The notes under the pieces are model-generated. The model had not been told where the DNA came from and made no database searches. It saw nothing but the letters and a program-made list of their open reading frames with translations. DNA of 45,117 nucleotides from NCBI GenBank assembly GCA_023248535.1, contig JAHFEJ010000005.1:19456-64572 (forward strand). The letters are read 5' to 3'. The stretch is from Nitrospinales bacterium (lineage in GTDB: Bacteria > Nitrospinota_A > UBA7883 > JACRGQ01). Shown in pieces: positions 1 through 9,431 of this stretch. Each line of letters begins with the position of its first letter. Position 1 is the first letter of the stretch. A program made the translations under genes and the position numbers.

Positions 1-1
1 C

Positions 2-1021
2 GAGACGGTGAAACGGAGCGGCATAACCGCAACCCATTTCGGCGTGCACATCACGAAGAAACAGAAGAGCCGCGATTACGCCGTGATACGCAAACTCATC
101 GAAACAAGCACGCTGGATACGGCGGTGAAAGAAACCGCGCTTGCCATCTTTAAAAAAATCGCCGAGGCCGAGGCGAAGGTGCACAGCCAAAGCATCGAGA
201 AGGTGCACTTCCACGAGGTGGGGGCGGTGGATAGCATTGTCGATATTACAGTGGCGGCCCTCGGCTTTCACCGGCTTGGCATCACCCGCTTTGCCTGCTC
301 GCCGATCCCGACCGGCGGCGGTATGGTTGATACCATGCACGGCATGATGCCGGTGCCGGCCCCTGCCACGCTGCTGATGCTGAAAGGAATTCCATTAACG
401 CCGGACGCGGCGCCGATGGAGCTGACCACCCCCACCGGGGCGGCCATCGCATCCGTGCTTGCCGAAAACTTCGGGCCGATGCCCGTCATGAAGCCGCTGG
501 CTGTTGGTTACGGAGCCGGGACAAAAATCCGGCAGGACAGGGTGCCGAATCTTTTCCGCATTGTGTTGGGAGAACCGGCGGGACGCGCCAAACGGCTGAT
601 GGTGCTGGAAACGAACCTTGACGACGCCACGCCCGAAAGCCTCGGCTACGCCACGCTGAAAATGCTCGGCGCGGGGGCGCTCGACGTGTGGGTGGCCGGC
701 GTGACGATGAAAAAGGGGCGGCAGGCGTTTTTGCTTTCCGTGCTTTGCGATCCGCTGAAAGCGGCGGATCTTCGCAATCTGATGTTGGAGGAGACTCCCA
801 CGCTTGGCGTGCGGCAGTACGAGGTGGAACGGTTCGAGTTGGAGCGCAAGATCATCAAGGTGAAAACGAAATTCGGCGAGGTGCGGGTGAAGGAAGCGGT
901 TACCCCCGGCGGACAGCGGCGGCTGAAACCGGAGTATGATGATTGCAAAACGCTTGCGGAAAAAGCGAAAGCGCCGTTCGACGCCGTTTATCGCGCGGCT
1001 CTCAGCGTTGTGCTGAAATAA
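2..1021 (+). CDS. larC: Nickel-pincer cofactor nickel insertase LarC (5'-partial, runs off window)
   Basis: Motifs VHFHEVGAVDSIVDI, HGMMPVPAPAT, ELTTPTGAA, LETNLDD, MKKGR, TLGVR and KPEYDDC; frame is open to the window edge. Confidence 0.93.
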   Translation, partial: ETVKRSGITATHFGVHITKKQKSRDYAVIRKLIETSTLDTAVKETALAIFKKIAEAEAKVHSQSIEKVHFHEVGAVDSIVDITVAALGFHRLGITRFACSPIPTGGGMVDTMHGMMPVPAPATLLMLKGIPLTPDAAPMELTTPTGAAIASVLAENFGPMPVMKPLAVGYGAGTKIRQDRVPNLFRIVLGEPAGRAKRLMVLETNLDDATPESLGYATLKMLGAGALDVWVAGVTMKKGRQAFLLSVLCDPLKAADLRNLMLEETPTLGVRQYEVERFELERKIIKVKTKFGEVRVKEAVTPGGQRRLKPEYDDCKTLAEKAKAPFDAVYRAALSVVLK

Positions 1022-1139
1022 CAATCGCTTTCCCTGTATTTACAAATAGCTTGTTAGGGTTATTCCATTCATCTTGGCAAACTTATATACTTTCATTACA
1101 TAACAAAACGATACGGCTAAATAGCCACGGGGGGAGTAA

Positions 1140-3281
1140 GTGATGGTTTATGTTGTCCGCATGGGGCGGATTATTTTGTTGGCCGCACTACTGCATTTTT
1201 CATTTGTTGCCACCGCGTTTGCCGGTGATCAGATGGCTTCCAATGGTGAAGAATCGATGTACTTCACGCCCGAGGAAATGAACTCCATAAGTTCGTTCCG
1301 GCCAAAACCGGTGCCCGAATCGCCGGGGTTCATCACGGTCATCACTTCCAAAACGATTGCCGCGATGGCGGCAAAGGATTTGGCCGATGTTTTGAATACC
1401 ATTCCCGGATTTCATATCGCCCACTCCAATTCCGCGGAAACCCAGCTGGCCGTCCGCGGATTGCAGACACCCTCCGATATTTTGGTGATGATCGACGGAC
1501 ACCGTCTCAATAATTTCTATGATGGGGCCGCGTTATACGATATTCCCGTGGATGGCATCGAAAAAGTTGAGGTCATCCGCGGCCCGGGATCGGCGTTGTA
1601 TGGCACCAACGCGGTAGCGGCGGTTATCAATATCATCACGAAAAAGGCCGGTCATGGGCGCATCAAGGCCGGTGGCGGCACGTTGCATACATATAAACTG
1701 AATGCCGGTTACGGCGATGTAGGGGAAAATGACCGGGTATCCGCCTTCGCCGAGCTGTATGGCACTGGCGGCGGCGAGGCCTCCATCCCGTGGGATCGCC
1801 TTTCCAACAACACTGCTGCCGCGCCTTATTCCAAAGCCCCGGCGGCCATGAAGGGAAACCAGCGGAAGCTGATGGGGGATGTCCAGTGGGATCATGGGGA
1901 AACAAATACAAAATTCACTTTTTACAGCGATGACCGGGGGCCGGGATTTGCCTATCAGAATATCGTGGCCGATGCTTCAAAGTCGGCTTCCAGCTACTTT
2001 TCCCTTGATATTTCCCGCCCGTGGGGAAGCGAGAAAACTTTATTATTGGAACCCCGGCTGTATAGCGATGTATGGATGGTTGACAGGAAAATCCAGCTAT
2101 ATCCCGATGGCTACACCGATAATCGCGATTTGAACGGGGATGGGCAGCCGGAATATTTTCCGAACGGCATGTTGCTTCAAAAGAAATATGACGTGCTTAC
2201 CAACGGCTTTGAGTTGCGGGGCCGCTCCATGATCGGGGACGAGAATTATGTGACCGCCGGCATTGTGCTGGAAGATGCCAGCATCCGCAATCCCCAGGTG
2301 TTAACCAACTATGCCGGCGAACCGGACGTGGGGGCCGTTCCCCAGGCGTATTTATCCAACTGGAACGGCTATTCGTTCCCTTCGAGATACCGGACCATTT
2401 ATGCCGCGTACCTCCAGAATGATTGGACGCCCAGCCGGTATTTCAATCTGGTGGGCGGGATCCGGTACGATCATTACAGCGATTTCGGCGATACCGTCAA
2501 CCCGCGGGCGGCGATGGCTTTTTATCCGCTTGCCGGGCTTGATATCAAGCTGCAATACGCCACCGCCTTCCGCGCTCCGACGTTCAGGGAGCTTTATGAC
2601 GAAACCGATTTGCAGTTCGCGGGCAACTCTTCCTTGCATCCGGAAAAGATCGAGACGGTGGAAGCGGGAGCCGGTTATACCTATGGGGCGAACAGTTTTG
2701 TGCGGCTCAACGCCTACCGTGAAACGTTGACCGATTACATCACCACGCTATTCAACACCTCAATGGCATCGATCACCCGTTACCAAAACAGCGGCAAGCT
2801 GGAGATAACCGGCGCAGGGATTGAGGCGAAGCACACATTTGAAGCCGGATCGTTTTTCATGTGGAATGTTTTCCTTTTTAACGCCAAGGACGTCATTTCG
2901 GACAGCTATTTAACTCAGGTTCCGCAGTTGCGGGGGAACGTGGTTGCGGGAATGGACCTTCCTGCCGGATTTAACGGCACGCTCACCTACAATTACTATG
3001 GCACGAGCAAGGCCAATGCCCGCACTTCACAAGAGATCATCCAGGGACAAGCCAACTCGGAAGGACCATTCAACATCGTGAACCTGGCGTTATCAAAGAA
3101 GAACCTGATGCAGGGCGTCAACATCAAGATGACGGCATTTAATCTGCTCAATGCCGACTACCGGGAAATCTATTCCGACCTCCGGTACCGGTTCCCCACA
3201 GTTCCTGACAATGGAACCGGCAAGAACCACATCCAAACCAACCAGCGAATGTTCCTTTTTGAAGTGGAAAAGGAGTTTTGA
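1140..3281 (+). CDS. TonB-dependent outer-membrane receptor
   Basis: Signal peptide; plug motifs (LADVLNTIPG, VMIDG, IEKVEVIRGPGSALYGTNAVAAVINIITK); barrel motifs (GIRYDHYSDFG, AFRAPTFRELY, FNLLN); C-terminal F; RBS GGGGAG. Confidence 0.93.
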   Translation: MMVYVVRMGRIILLAALLHFSFVATAFAGDQMASNGEESMYFTPEEMNSISSFRPKPVPESPGFITVITSKTIAAMAAKDLADVLNTIPGFHIAHSNSAETQLAVRGLQTPSDILVMIDGHRLNNFYDGAALYDIPVDGIEKVEVIRGPGSALYGTNAVAAVINIITKKAGHGRIKAGGGTLHTYKLNAGYGDVGENDRVSAFAELYGTGGGEASIPWDRLSNNTAAAPYSKAPAAMKGNQRKLMGDVQWDHGETNTKFTFYSDDRGPGFAYQNIVADASKSASSYFSLDISRPWGSEKTLLLEPRLYSDVWMVDRKIQLYPDGYTDNRDLNGDGQPEYFPNGMLLQKKYDVLTNGFELRGRSMIGDENYVTAGIVLEDASIRNPQVLTNYAGEPDVGAVPQAYLSNWNGYSFPSRYRTIYAAYLQNDWTPSRYFNLVGGIRYDHYSDFGDTVNPRAAMAFYPLAGLDIKLQYATAFRAPTFRELYDETDLQFAGNSSLHPEKIETVEAGAGYTYGANSFVRLNAYRETLTDYITTLFNTSMASITRYQNSGKLEITGAGIEAKHTFEAGSFFMWNVFLFNAKDVISDSYLTQVPQLRGNVVAGMDLPAGFNGTLTYNYYGTSKANARTSQEIIQGQANSEGPFNIVNLALSKKNLMQGVNIKMTAFNLLNADYREIYSDLRYRFPTVPDNGTGKNHIQTNQRMFLFEVEKEF

Positions 3282-3283
3282 CG

Positions 3284-4171
3284 GTGAACCGGAAAAACAG
3301 GGGACGAATATTTTCCGCAATGATGATGGTCCTTTTTGCCGTGCAGGGGTGCGGAGGCATGAATGTTAAAAACAACGATGAAAAATACACGCCGTATACC
3401 GATAATACCGTCATCGGGAGCACCAGAAACGGCCTTACTACGTACTATTCATATATGGCTAGCTGCCAAACGGGCCTGGGAACCCTTGTCGCTGATTCGA
3501 TGCGGTGGAAAACAGGCGCTGATTTTGCCGTGGTGAATGCGGGAACCGTCCGGTGGAATCCTCCCGACCCGGCGGGCGATACGTTGCCTTCCGGCCTCAT
3601 TACCAAGGGAAATGTAGCCCGCTTTCTCCCCTATGACAACCTCAGCGGCATTGCTCCGGCTACCCATCCGGCAACCGTTGTCACCCTGAACTTGAGTGGC
3701 GTGGTGATTAAGCAGATGTTTGAAAACAGCTTCAGCCGTATGTTGGCAAGCGGTGCGCCGGGCACCAGTTATGGAAGGTTTTTGCAGGTATCCGAAGATA
3801 TTCAGGTTTTCGCCGATGTCACACAGCCTGTCGGCTCCCGCATTACCATGATCAAAATAAAGAGTCCCTCTTCTACATCATGGGATTTGACGACGTATAC
3901 CCCGATAGATACCACCGATACCACCAAGCTGTACCGCGTGGCGGTGCTGAAAAAATATATTAAGAATACGCCCGGCTTTGCGGATTACGATAAATATTGG
4001 GATATCCTCGCTCAGGGAGCTAATGTGGTGGATACCAACATTTATCTTTACGACCTGGAGGTGGAAGTGTTTTTAACCTTTTCGCCTATTGTGATTGCAG
4101 ATTCCGGTGCCTGCGGTAATCCCGCCCTCAGCGCTGATACAAACCAAAACCTTGTCATTACCCATCAATAG
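3284..4171 (+). CDS. Lipoprotein with only a 5'-nucleotidase C-terminal (substrate-binding) domain
   Basis: GTG start after AAGGAG; basic n-region and lipobox-like AVQG|C; LGTLVADSMR, ADFAVVNAGTVR, G.IT...LPYDN, LSG...FENS, FLQVS and YRVA match the 5'-nucleotidase C domain; no metallophosphoesterase motifs. Confidence 0.75.
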   Translation: MNRKNRGRIFSAMMMVLFAVQGCGGMNVKNNDEKYTPYTDNTVIGSTRNGLTTYYSYMASCQTGLGTLVADSMRWKTGADFAVVNAGTVRWNPPDPAGDTLPSGLITKGNVARFLPYDNLSGIAPATHPATVVTLNLSGVVIKQMFENSFSRMLASGAPGTSYGRFLQVSEDIQVFADVTQPVGSRITMIKIKSPSSTSWDLTTYTPIDTTDTTKLYRVAVLKKYIKNTPGFADYDKYWDILAQGANVVDTNIYLYDLEVEVFLTFSPIVIADSGACGNPALSADTNQNLVITHQ

Positions 4172-4230
4172 GAGGTTTGTGCGAGGGGGTTCCGGAAGGT
4201 GCAGTCTTTGGCGCTTTAAAGGAGGAACGT

Positions 4231-5169
4231 TTGTCCGCTAATATGCGTTTTAGCCGCATTTTAGGGTTTGTGGCATGTTTTGCCATAACGGCCGGCGCCA
4301 CTCCCGCTTTTCCGGCGGAAATCGCCATCCTCGTTTCACAGGATATCCCGCCATACAAACAGGTGATTTCCTCGTTCACCGCCGGCGTGGGGAAGGTGCC
4401 GGTCTCCATTCATGACATGAAAGGCGATCTTGCCGATGGCAGGAATTATCTCGGAGGCGCGGCGGAGAGGGGCGCGCGGTTGATCGTGGCCGTTGGAAGC
4501 AAGGCGGTGGCCGCCGCCTCTGTTTTCGCGGATCGCCTGCCCGTAATGGCCCTGATGGCGCCGGAGCCCGCAAAGATTCTTGAATCCGCAAGAATGGGTT
4601 TTGGCATCACGCTGACTTCCAATCCATCCGATCAATTCGATTTTTTGCATGAGCTGCTCCCGGAAGCAAAAACGATCGGCGTCATATACAATTCGGAGCT
4701 GATATCGGATGAGTTAAGCGATGGCTTGACCGCGGCGCGCGCCCGGTATCGGCACCGATACCGGGTTGTGGAAGAAAAGATAACTTCGCCTGACGAGGCG
4801 CCGGGCGCCTTTCGCCGCGCGGTGGAGACCTCCGATGCGATATGGCTGGTGTTCGATGAAACGGTGGTTACGGAGCAAGCCATCAAGTACCTTTTTGAAT
4901 TGGCCTTGGGCAAAGGAATTCCGGTAATCGGTTTTTCCAAAAAAACGGTTCAAAAGGGGGCGTTGTTCACCGCATATTCCGATTATGGCGAAATTGGCCC
5001 TCAAGCCGCCAAACTTGCAAAAAAGGTGCTGGCGGGAAGCGCCCCGGCCGACATTGGATTTATGTACCCCGAAACGAACGGATACTACGTCAACCGGCGC
5101 GTTGCGGAACACCTGAGAATTCCCCTGGTCAAGCGTTTTGCGGGGATGTGGGTGGAATATTATGAGTAA
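4231..5169 (+). CDS. Periplasmic ABC-type substrate-binding protein (putative Trp/Tyr-binding-like family)
   Basis: Signal peptide ending PAFPA; LIVAVGSKA, LLPEAKTIGVIYN, DAIWL, IPVIGF..KTVQKGAL, IG.QAAKLAKKVLAG, VNRRVAEHLRI; start TTG 4231 after AAGGAGG (ATG 4243 is an alternative). Confidence 0.82.
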   Translation: MSANMRFSRILGFVACFAITAGATPAFPAEIAILVSQDIPPYKQVISSFTAGVGKVPVSIHDMKGDLADGRNYLGGAAERGARLIVAVGSKAVAAASVFADRLPVMALMAPEPAKILESARMGFGITLTSNPSDQFDFLHELLPEAKTIGVIYNSELISDELSDGLTAARARYRHRYRVVEEKITSPDEAPGAFRRAVETSDAIWLVFDETVVTEQAIKYLFELALGKGIPVIGFSKKTVQKGALFTAYSDYGEIGPQAAKLAKKVLAGSAPADIGFMYPETNGYYVNRRVAEHLRIPLVKRFAGMWVEYYE

Positions 5170-6748
5170 ATCGATGAAATTTAGTCCTTACGGGCTGCGG
5201 TTTTACTTCGCCATCCGTTTGGCTCTCGTTTTCATGCTGGTGGCCACCATCATGATTTACACAGCCATGTCCTACATTTCTGCCACGATGATTGAGAATC
5301 ATTTCGAACTGGCGCAGGTATTGGCCGAAGAAATCGCCGCGAACAGCGAATACGGCTTCCTTACGGGTGACAAAGTAATTCTGGGAAAAATGCTTGAGGG
5401 GGTGAAGCGCCAAAAAGACGTTGTATATGCCGCTATCCTCGAAAAGGAAGGCGCCGATGGGATACTGTTCGAATTTTCGCGCAGTGGATATAGTCCGCGG
5501 CCCGTTGCGCCGTTGCCCGCCAGTGTTCAAAAGGAAAAATTCACTCTTGGAAAACACCACATGGTGGTCGGCGTCACATGCCCGGTATACACCACATCGG
5601 CCCCAAATGAAGCCGAGTCATTGCTGTTTGAGGGCGCGGAGGGATTGCCGGCGACGAAGAAAAAAACGTTGCATGGGGCGGTTCGGGTTTTCATTTCGCT
5701 TGACCATGAGTTGGTGGAAATCGGGCGGTTGGGCGTGCTGATAGCCAGCGGCGTCGTAGCCGGTCTTTTATTGCTGGTTTTCGTGCTTTACGCCATGTTG
5801 TCACGGCAGGTTGTTTGGCCTCTGGGCGAGTTTATCCGCGGCGTTCGCGAGATCGAAAAGGGAAACCTGGATTATCGTATCCCGCTGCTGTCCAAAAGTG
5901 AAATAAAGGAGCTGGTCGAGGCGTTCAATGATTCGGTGGAAAAACGGCAACATGTTTCAAAGGAACTGGCCCTGCATCAGGAACATCTCGAGGACTTGGT
6001 CAGAGAGAGGACGAAGGAGTTGCTGGCCGCGCGAAATCAGGCGGAGGATGCAACGCGGCTAAAAGACAAATTTGTCGCCGCCGCTTCCCACGATTTGCGC
6101 TCCCCCGTCGGCTCCTTGCAGGTGCTAATCCGGTTTATTCAAGGACGGCCCGAAATCCAGGTAAATCCGGAAACCAGCAGGTTGTTTGCAGCCGCCTATA
6201 AAAACACCCAGGGCATTTTAAAATTGATAGACAATTTGCTGGATTTAAATCGCATTCAAATGGGCAAACTCACCTATCATTATAAAAATTGCGATGTCTC
6301 CGCCATCGTCGCGGCCGCCATAGAACCGCTTCGGGCCCTCGCCGAAGCTAAAAATATCGCCATCCACGTTTCATTATCGCCGGGGACGGTCATAAAGGTG
6401 GACGAGAGCCTTATTATTCAGGCGATCCAGAACCTTATTTCCAACGCGATAAAATATTGCGGAAGCGGTGGTGAAATATCGCTAACGGAGGAAACGGCCC
6501 CTCAGGGATTTGTGTTAAAGGTTAAGGATACCGGCACCGGAATTTCGCCTGAAGTGCTGAACCGGCTCTTTACCGACAATATCCTTCAAAGCATACCGGG
6601 AACTGCGGGAGAACAGGGGAGCGGCCTGGGGCTTCAACTCTGTTATGATATCATCAAGGCGCATGGCGGAACAATAACCGCCGAAAGCATTGTGGGTGAG
6701 GGAACCACGTTCACCGTTTGTCTTCCTAATCTCGGATTCCGAAGGTAG
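5162..6748 (+). CDS. Membrane sensor histidine kinase (TM-periplasmic-TM-HAMP-HisKA-HATPase)
   Basis: Two TM segments; HAMP (PL...VREIEKGNLDYRI...EIKELVEAFN); H-box SHDLRSP; N-box NLISNAIKY; G1 DTGTG; G2 GSGLGL; start overlaps the upstream stop. Confidence 0.92.
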   Translation: MSKSMKFSPYGLRFYFAIRLALVFMLVATIMIYTAMSYISATMIENHFELAQVLAEEIAANSEYGFLTGDKVILGKMLEGVKRQKDVVYAAILEKEGADGILFEFSRSGYSPRPVAPLPASVQKEKFTLGKHHMVVGVTCPVYTTSAPNEAESLLFEGAEGLPATKKKTLHGAVRVFISLDHELVEIGRLGVLIASGVVAGLLLLVFVLYAMLSRQVVWPLGEFIRGVREIEKGNLDYRIPLLSKSEIKELVEAFNDSVEKRQHVSKELALHQEHLEDLVRERTKELLAARNQAEDATRLKDKFVAAASHDLRSPVGSLQVLIRFIQGRPEIQVNPETSRLFAAAYKNTQGILKLIDNLLDLNRIQMGKLTYHYKNCDVSAIVAAAIEPLRALAEAKNIAIHVSLSPGTVIKVDESLIIQAIQNLISNAIKYCGSGGEISLTEETAPQGFVLKVKDTGTGISPEVLNRLFTDNILQSIPGTAGEQGSGLGLQLCYDIIKAHGGTITAESIVGEGTTFTVCLPNLGFRR

Positions 6749-6870
6749 GTGAACAGGCCGTACCGGATTAAATTTCGGGCGGCGGCGGGGAAAAACGTTA
6801 CTCTTTCCAAGCCGTCACCACCCGTTGCCAGCGGAACCGGTAGGCGTAGGCCAATTCCGGTAAAAGCCGC

Positions 6871-7182
6871 TTATACCTGCATCCTCATTACTTCCTGATA
6901 TGCGTCGAGAACTTTGTTCCGCACCTGCACCGTCATGCGGAAAGCCAGATCGGCTTTCGACAGGGCGATCATCGTTCCGTGAATGTCCTTGTTCTCCCCG
7001 CTGACCAGCGCTTCGATGGATTTGTCGGCGTCCAGCTGGAGATTGTTCACTTCGTTCATGGATTCTTTCAACGCGTCGCCAAAACTTTTTCCGGCGGAGG
7101 TCCCCGCGGCATTCGCCGTCTTGATACCGAGGTCGGCCCCCAGCGGCTTAAAATTGGTGTTCAGCGCGGATATTTTCATCAT
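6871..7182 (-). CDS. fliE: Flagellar hook-basal body complex protein FliE
   Basis: SFGDALKESMNEVNNLQ...DIHGTMIALSKADLAFRMTVQVRNKVLDAYQEVMRMQV. Confidence 0.95.
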   Translation of the reverse strand: MMKISALNTNFKPLGADLGIKTANAAGTSAGKSFGDALKESMNEVNNLQLDADKSIEALVSGENKDIHGTMIALSKADLAFRMTVQVRNKVLDAYQEVMRMQV

Positions 7183-7189
7183 CTATTCC

Positions 7190-7609
7190 TTATTTCACGT
7201 CGGTGATGGCCGACCGGAGGATGCCGGTCCGCTTGTTCATCGCAGTGATCGCCGCATCGTATGACATCTGCGTTTCGGAAAACGCCGTAACCTCTTTTTC
7301 CATGTCAACGTTGTTGCCGTCGATACGCCCTTGGGTCAAGTCGACATCGGTTACTCCCTGGATACCCTGGATATCCTGTACCGGAGAGCCGAAGTGGCCG
7401 GCGTGGGTCGCTTTTAGCGGCATGGCAGATCCATCCAATGCCCCGCGCAATATCCCTTCGAATTCAAATCGCGAAGCCTTGAATCCCGGGGTTTCGGCGT
7501 TGGCGATATTGGCGGCATGAACCGATGCTTTTTGGGCGTTGAGATCCAGCGACCTCTTCAACAGCGCCGGCGTGCGGTCGCTAAACAGTAACGAGTTAAT
7601 AAGTCCCAT
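7190..7609 (-). CDS. flgB: Flagellar basal-body rod protein FlgB
   Basis: AANIANAETPGFK and DGNNVDMEKE motifs; ATG 7609 with RBS GAGGA. Confidence 0.93.
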   Translation of the reverse strand: MGLINSLLFSDRTPALLKRSLDLNAQKASVHAANIANAETPGFKASRFEFEGILRGALDGSAMPLKATHAGHFGSPVQDIQGIQGVTDVDLTQGRIDGNNVDMEKEVTAFSETQMSYDAAITAMNKRTGILRSAITDVK

Positions 7610-7636
7610 GTTTTTTCCTCTTACCCATGTCAAAAT

Positions 7637-7652
7637 TGCAAGCTATGTGCCA
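7637..7652 (-). promoter_or_regulatory. sigma54 (RpoN) -24/-12 promoter of flgB-fliE
   Basis: Minus strand reads TGGCACATAGCTTGCA, matching TGGCAC-N5-TTGCW, 27 nt upstream of the flgB ATG. Confidence 0.88.
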
Positions 7653-7774
7653 TTCGACATATTTTTTGCAAGTCGTTTTATAACAGTATGATGCAGATAT
7701 GACGATTGCTAATGAACCGTCAAATAGGAAGGATTTTCCCCAATTATTTGACGCCTTTCAAAATAAGGGAGCGT

Positions 7775-9202
7775 CTACTTCCATACCACAGAAACGGAGC
7801 CTTGGGCGACGATGTCGGCGCGGAACCCTTTTTGTCCCATATAAAATCGGCGTACGTACAACTCGTTGACTTCCGCCTGCAGGGTAGTGTGTTCATCAAG
7901 CGCGATATTGAGCGCCCGTTCGATTTTTCCTTTGGCGTCTTTCAGGCCGGTATCCATCCGCCACTGGGCCTGCTTTCGCATCTGGCCGCGGAAGTCGTCG
8001 TGAAGAAGCCATTCGGCGGCGGCCTGCAGGGCGCTTTCGGTTTCCAACGTGTAGTCGAGTTTGGCAAGATGTAAAAGTCCCTTTTCCTCATCGTAAACCG
8101 GTTCACCCGAGAAAAAAATGGCTCCGTTCACATCCCCCTTCAGTCCCAGTTGAATCACGCAACGCCCTTTCGACGAATAAACCGAGGCGCTGGTGATGAC
8201 CACCTTCCGCGTACCCAAAATCACCGGTTTTTCCGAAAGGCGGCGGAAAAGCTGTTCCGCCGCCGCATCGAAATCCAGCGCCGCTTTCAGCGCCACATTA
8301 AATCTGCCGCTTGCCTTGGGGCCTGTTTTCAATTCCGGCAGCGTTGTGGTTCCGGGAGCGGGCATTGTGCCCACCGTCATCACTGGCGTGCCCGTGATGC
8401 CGATGCCGGTCACCAATGTGTCGCCGGAGCCATCTATGGCGGTTACATGTATATCGCGCGGATTTGGCAACAGCCAGACATCCTTTTCCAGTTGCAGCGG
8501 CGTCTGTATTTTTTTCCAAGCTTCTTCAGCGGTGTTTTTGAAATCGGCCGCCGCCGGTATCCGTTCGTCAATCAACTTCGCCGCCTCCTCCAGCCGGGGG
8601 CGTATTTTGCCGTCGACCGCATGGGTGATATCGAAATTGAGCGCCGTCACCCCGCAGCGATTGGGATAGAGATTCGGCAACAGCCTCGTTTTTGAGCGAA
8701 CCTTCCAGTCCGGGGTCCAGTCCAGCGCGGTCTCCATGCTGAAGACCGCTTCCCGCGGGCCTTCGCCGCCATCGCCGCATTGGCCGAACTGCATCCACGG
8801 GGACTGGCCGCCGCCCAATATGCCCGTCTTGAGCCTATGGGCCACCGCCAGCGAATAGGAGACACGCGCGGTGATTCTCACTTTGTTGCCGGCCAGAACC
8901 GCCTGCAACGGGGCGCGCCAGACGCGGTATTTTACTCCAATGTCACCGACAGCGCTGGCGCCAACGGTTTCCCATCCGTTGCTGTTGAATTCCAGCGGGA
9001 CCTTTTCCTCCGCCTTCCGCAGAATCGGCCCCAGATGCACGGTGATCGGAATTTCAATTCCGCTCTCCTCCGGCGGGATATCCGGCTCTGGGGCCGCCGC
9101 CTCAAAGGCCGGCTTCGGCACGCCGAGTCCGCCGCCGCATCCAGCCATGCAGGCGAGCAACAGCGCCCCGATAACGGCGGGGAGGGGAAAATTGCGCTTC
9201 AT
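7775..9202 (-). CDS. DUF4403-family lipoprotein
   Basis: Lipobox LLACMAG|C; 475 aa; patterns such as S.IEIPI, LDWTPDW, AW..IQ.P....DVWL..NP and G.P.YD resemble DUF4403. Confidence 0.72.
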   Translation of the reverse strand: MKRNFPLPAVIGALLLACMAGCGGGLGVPKPAFEAAAPEPDIPPEESGIEIPITVHLGPILRKAEEKVPLEFNSNGWETVGASAVGDIGVKYRVWRAPLQAVLAGNKVRITARVSYSLAVAHRLKTGILGGGQSPWMQFGQCGDGGEGPREAVFSMETALDWTPDWKVRSKTRLLPNLYPNRCGVTALNFDITHAVDGKIRPRLEEAAKLIDERIPAAADFKNTAEEAWKKIQTPLQLEKDVWLLPNPRDIHVTAIDGSGDTLVTGIGITGTPVMTVGTMPAPGTTTLPELKTGPKASGRFNVALKAALDFDAAAEQLFRRLSEKPVILGTRKVVITSASVYSSKGRCVIQLGLKGDVNGAIFFSGEPVYDEEKGLLHLAKLDYTLETESALQAAAEWLLHDDFRGQMRKQAQWRMDTGLKDAKGKIERALNIALDEHTTLQAEVNELYVRRFYMGQKGFRADIVAQGSVSVVWK

Positions 9203-9209
9203 CCAGCCG

Positions 9210-9215
9210 ATTATA
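9210..9215 (-). promoter_or_regulatory. sigma70 -10 box (TATAAT), probable leaderless start of the DUF4403 gene
   Basis: Perfect TATAAT 7 nt before the ATG; no Shine-Dalgarno. Confidence 0.6.
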
Positions 9216-9271
9216 CCCCGCCATCCGCCACTGCGTTTTTTGGTCTTTAACTGGCAATGGATAATGAACGA

Positions 9272-9390
9272 GCCACAGAGGCACCGGGAAAACTGTTTAC
9301 ATTAAAGGTACCGGCCTGAGGTTTTAATTCCGTACTTTCAATACAAAGAGACTTGTCTTGTAACTCTGTGCCTCTGCGTCTCTCGTGGTT
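9272..9390. repeat. Small inverted-repeat element (CCACAGAGGCAC ... GTGCCTCTGCGTCTCTCGTGG)
   Basis: CAGAGGCAC (9276-9284) is the reverse complement of GTGCCTCTG (9368-9376); ends resemble the widespread ACCACAGAG/CTCTGTGGT intergenic repeat type. Confidence 0.6.
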
Positions 9391-9431
9391 ATATTCATCT
9401 ACAGAAATGCTGGATGAGCCGGGACAAACCT

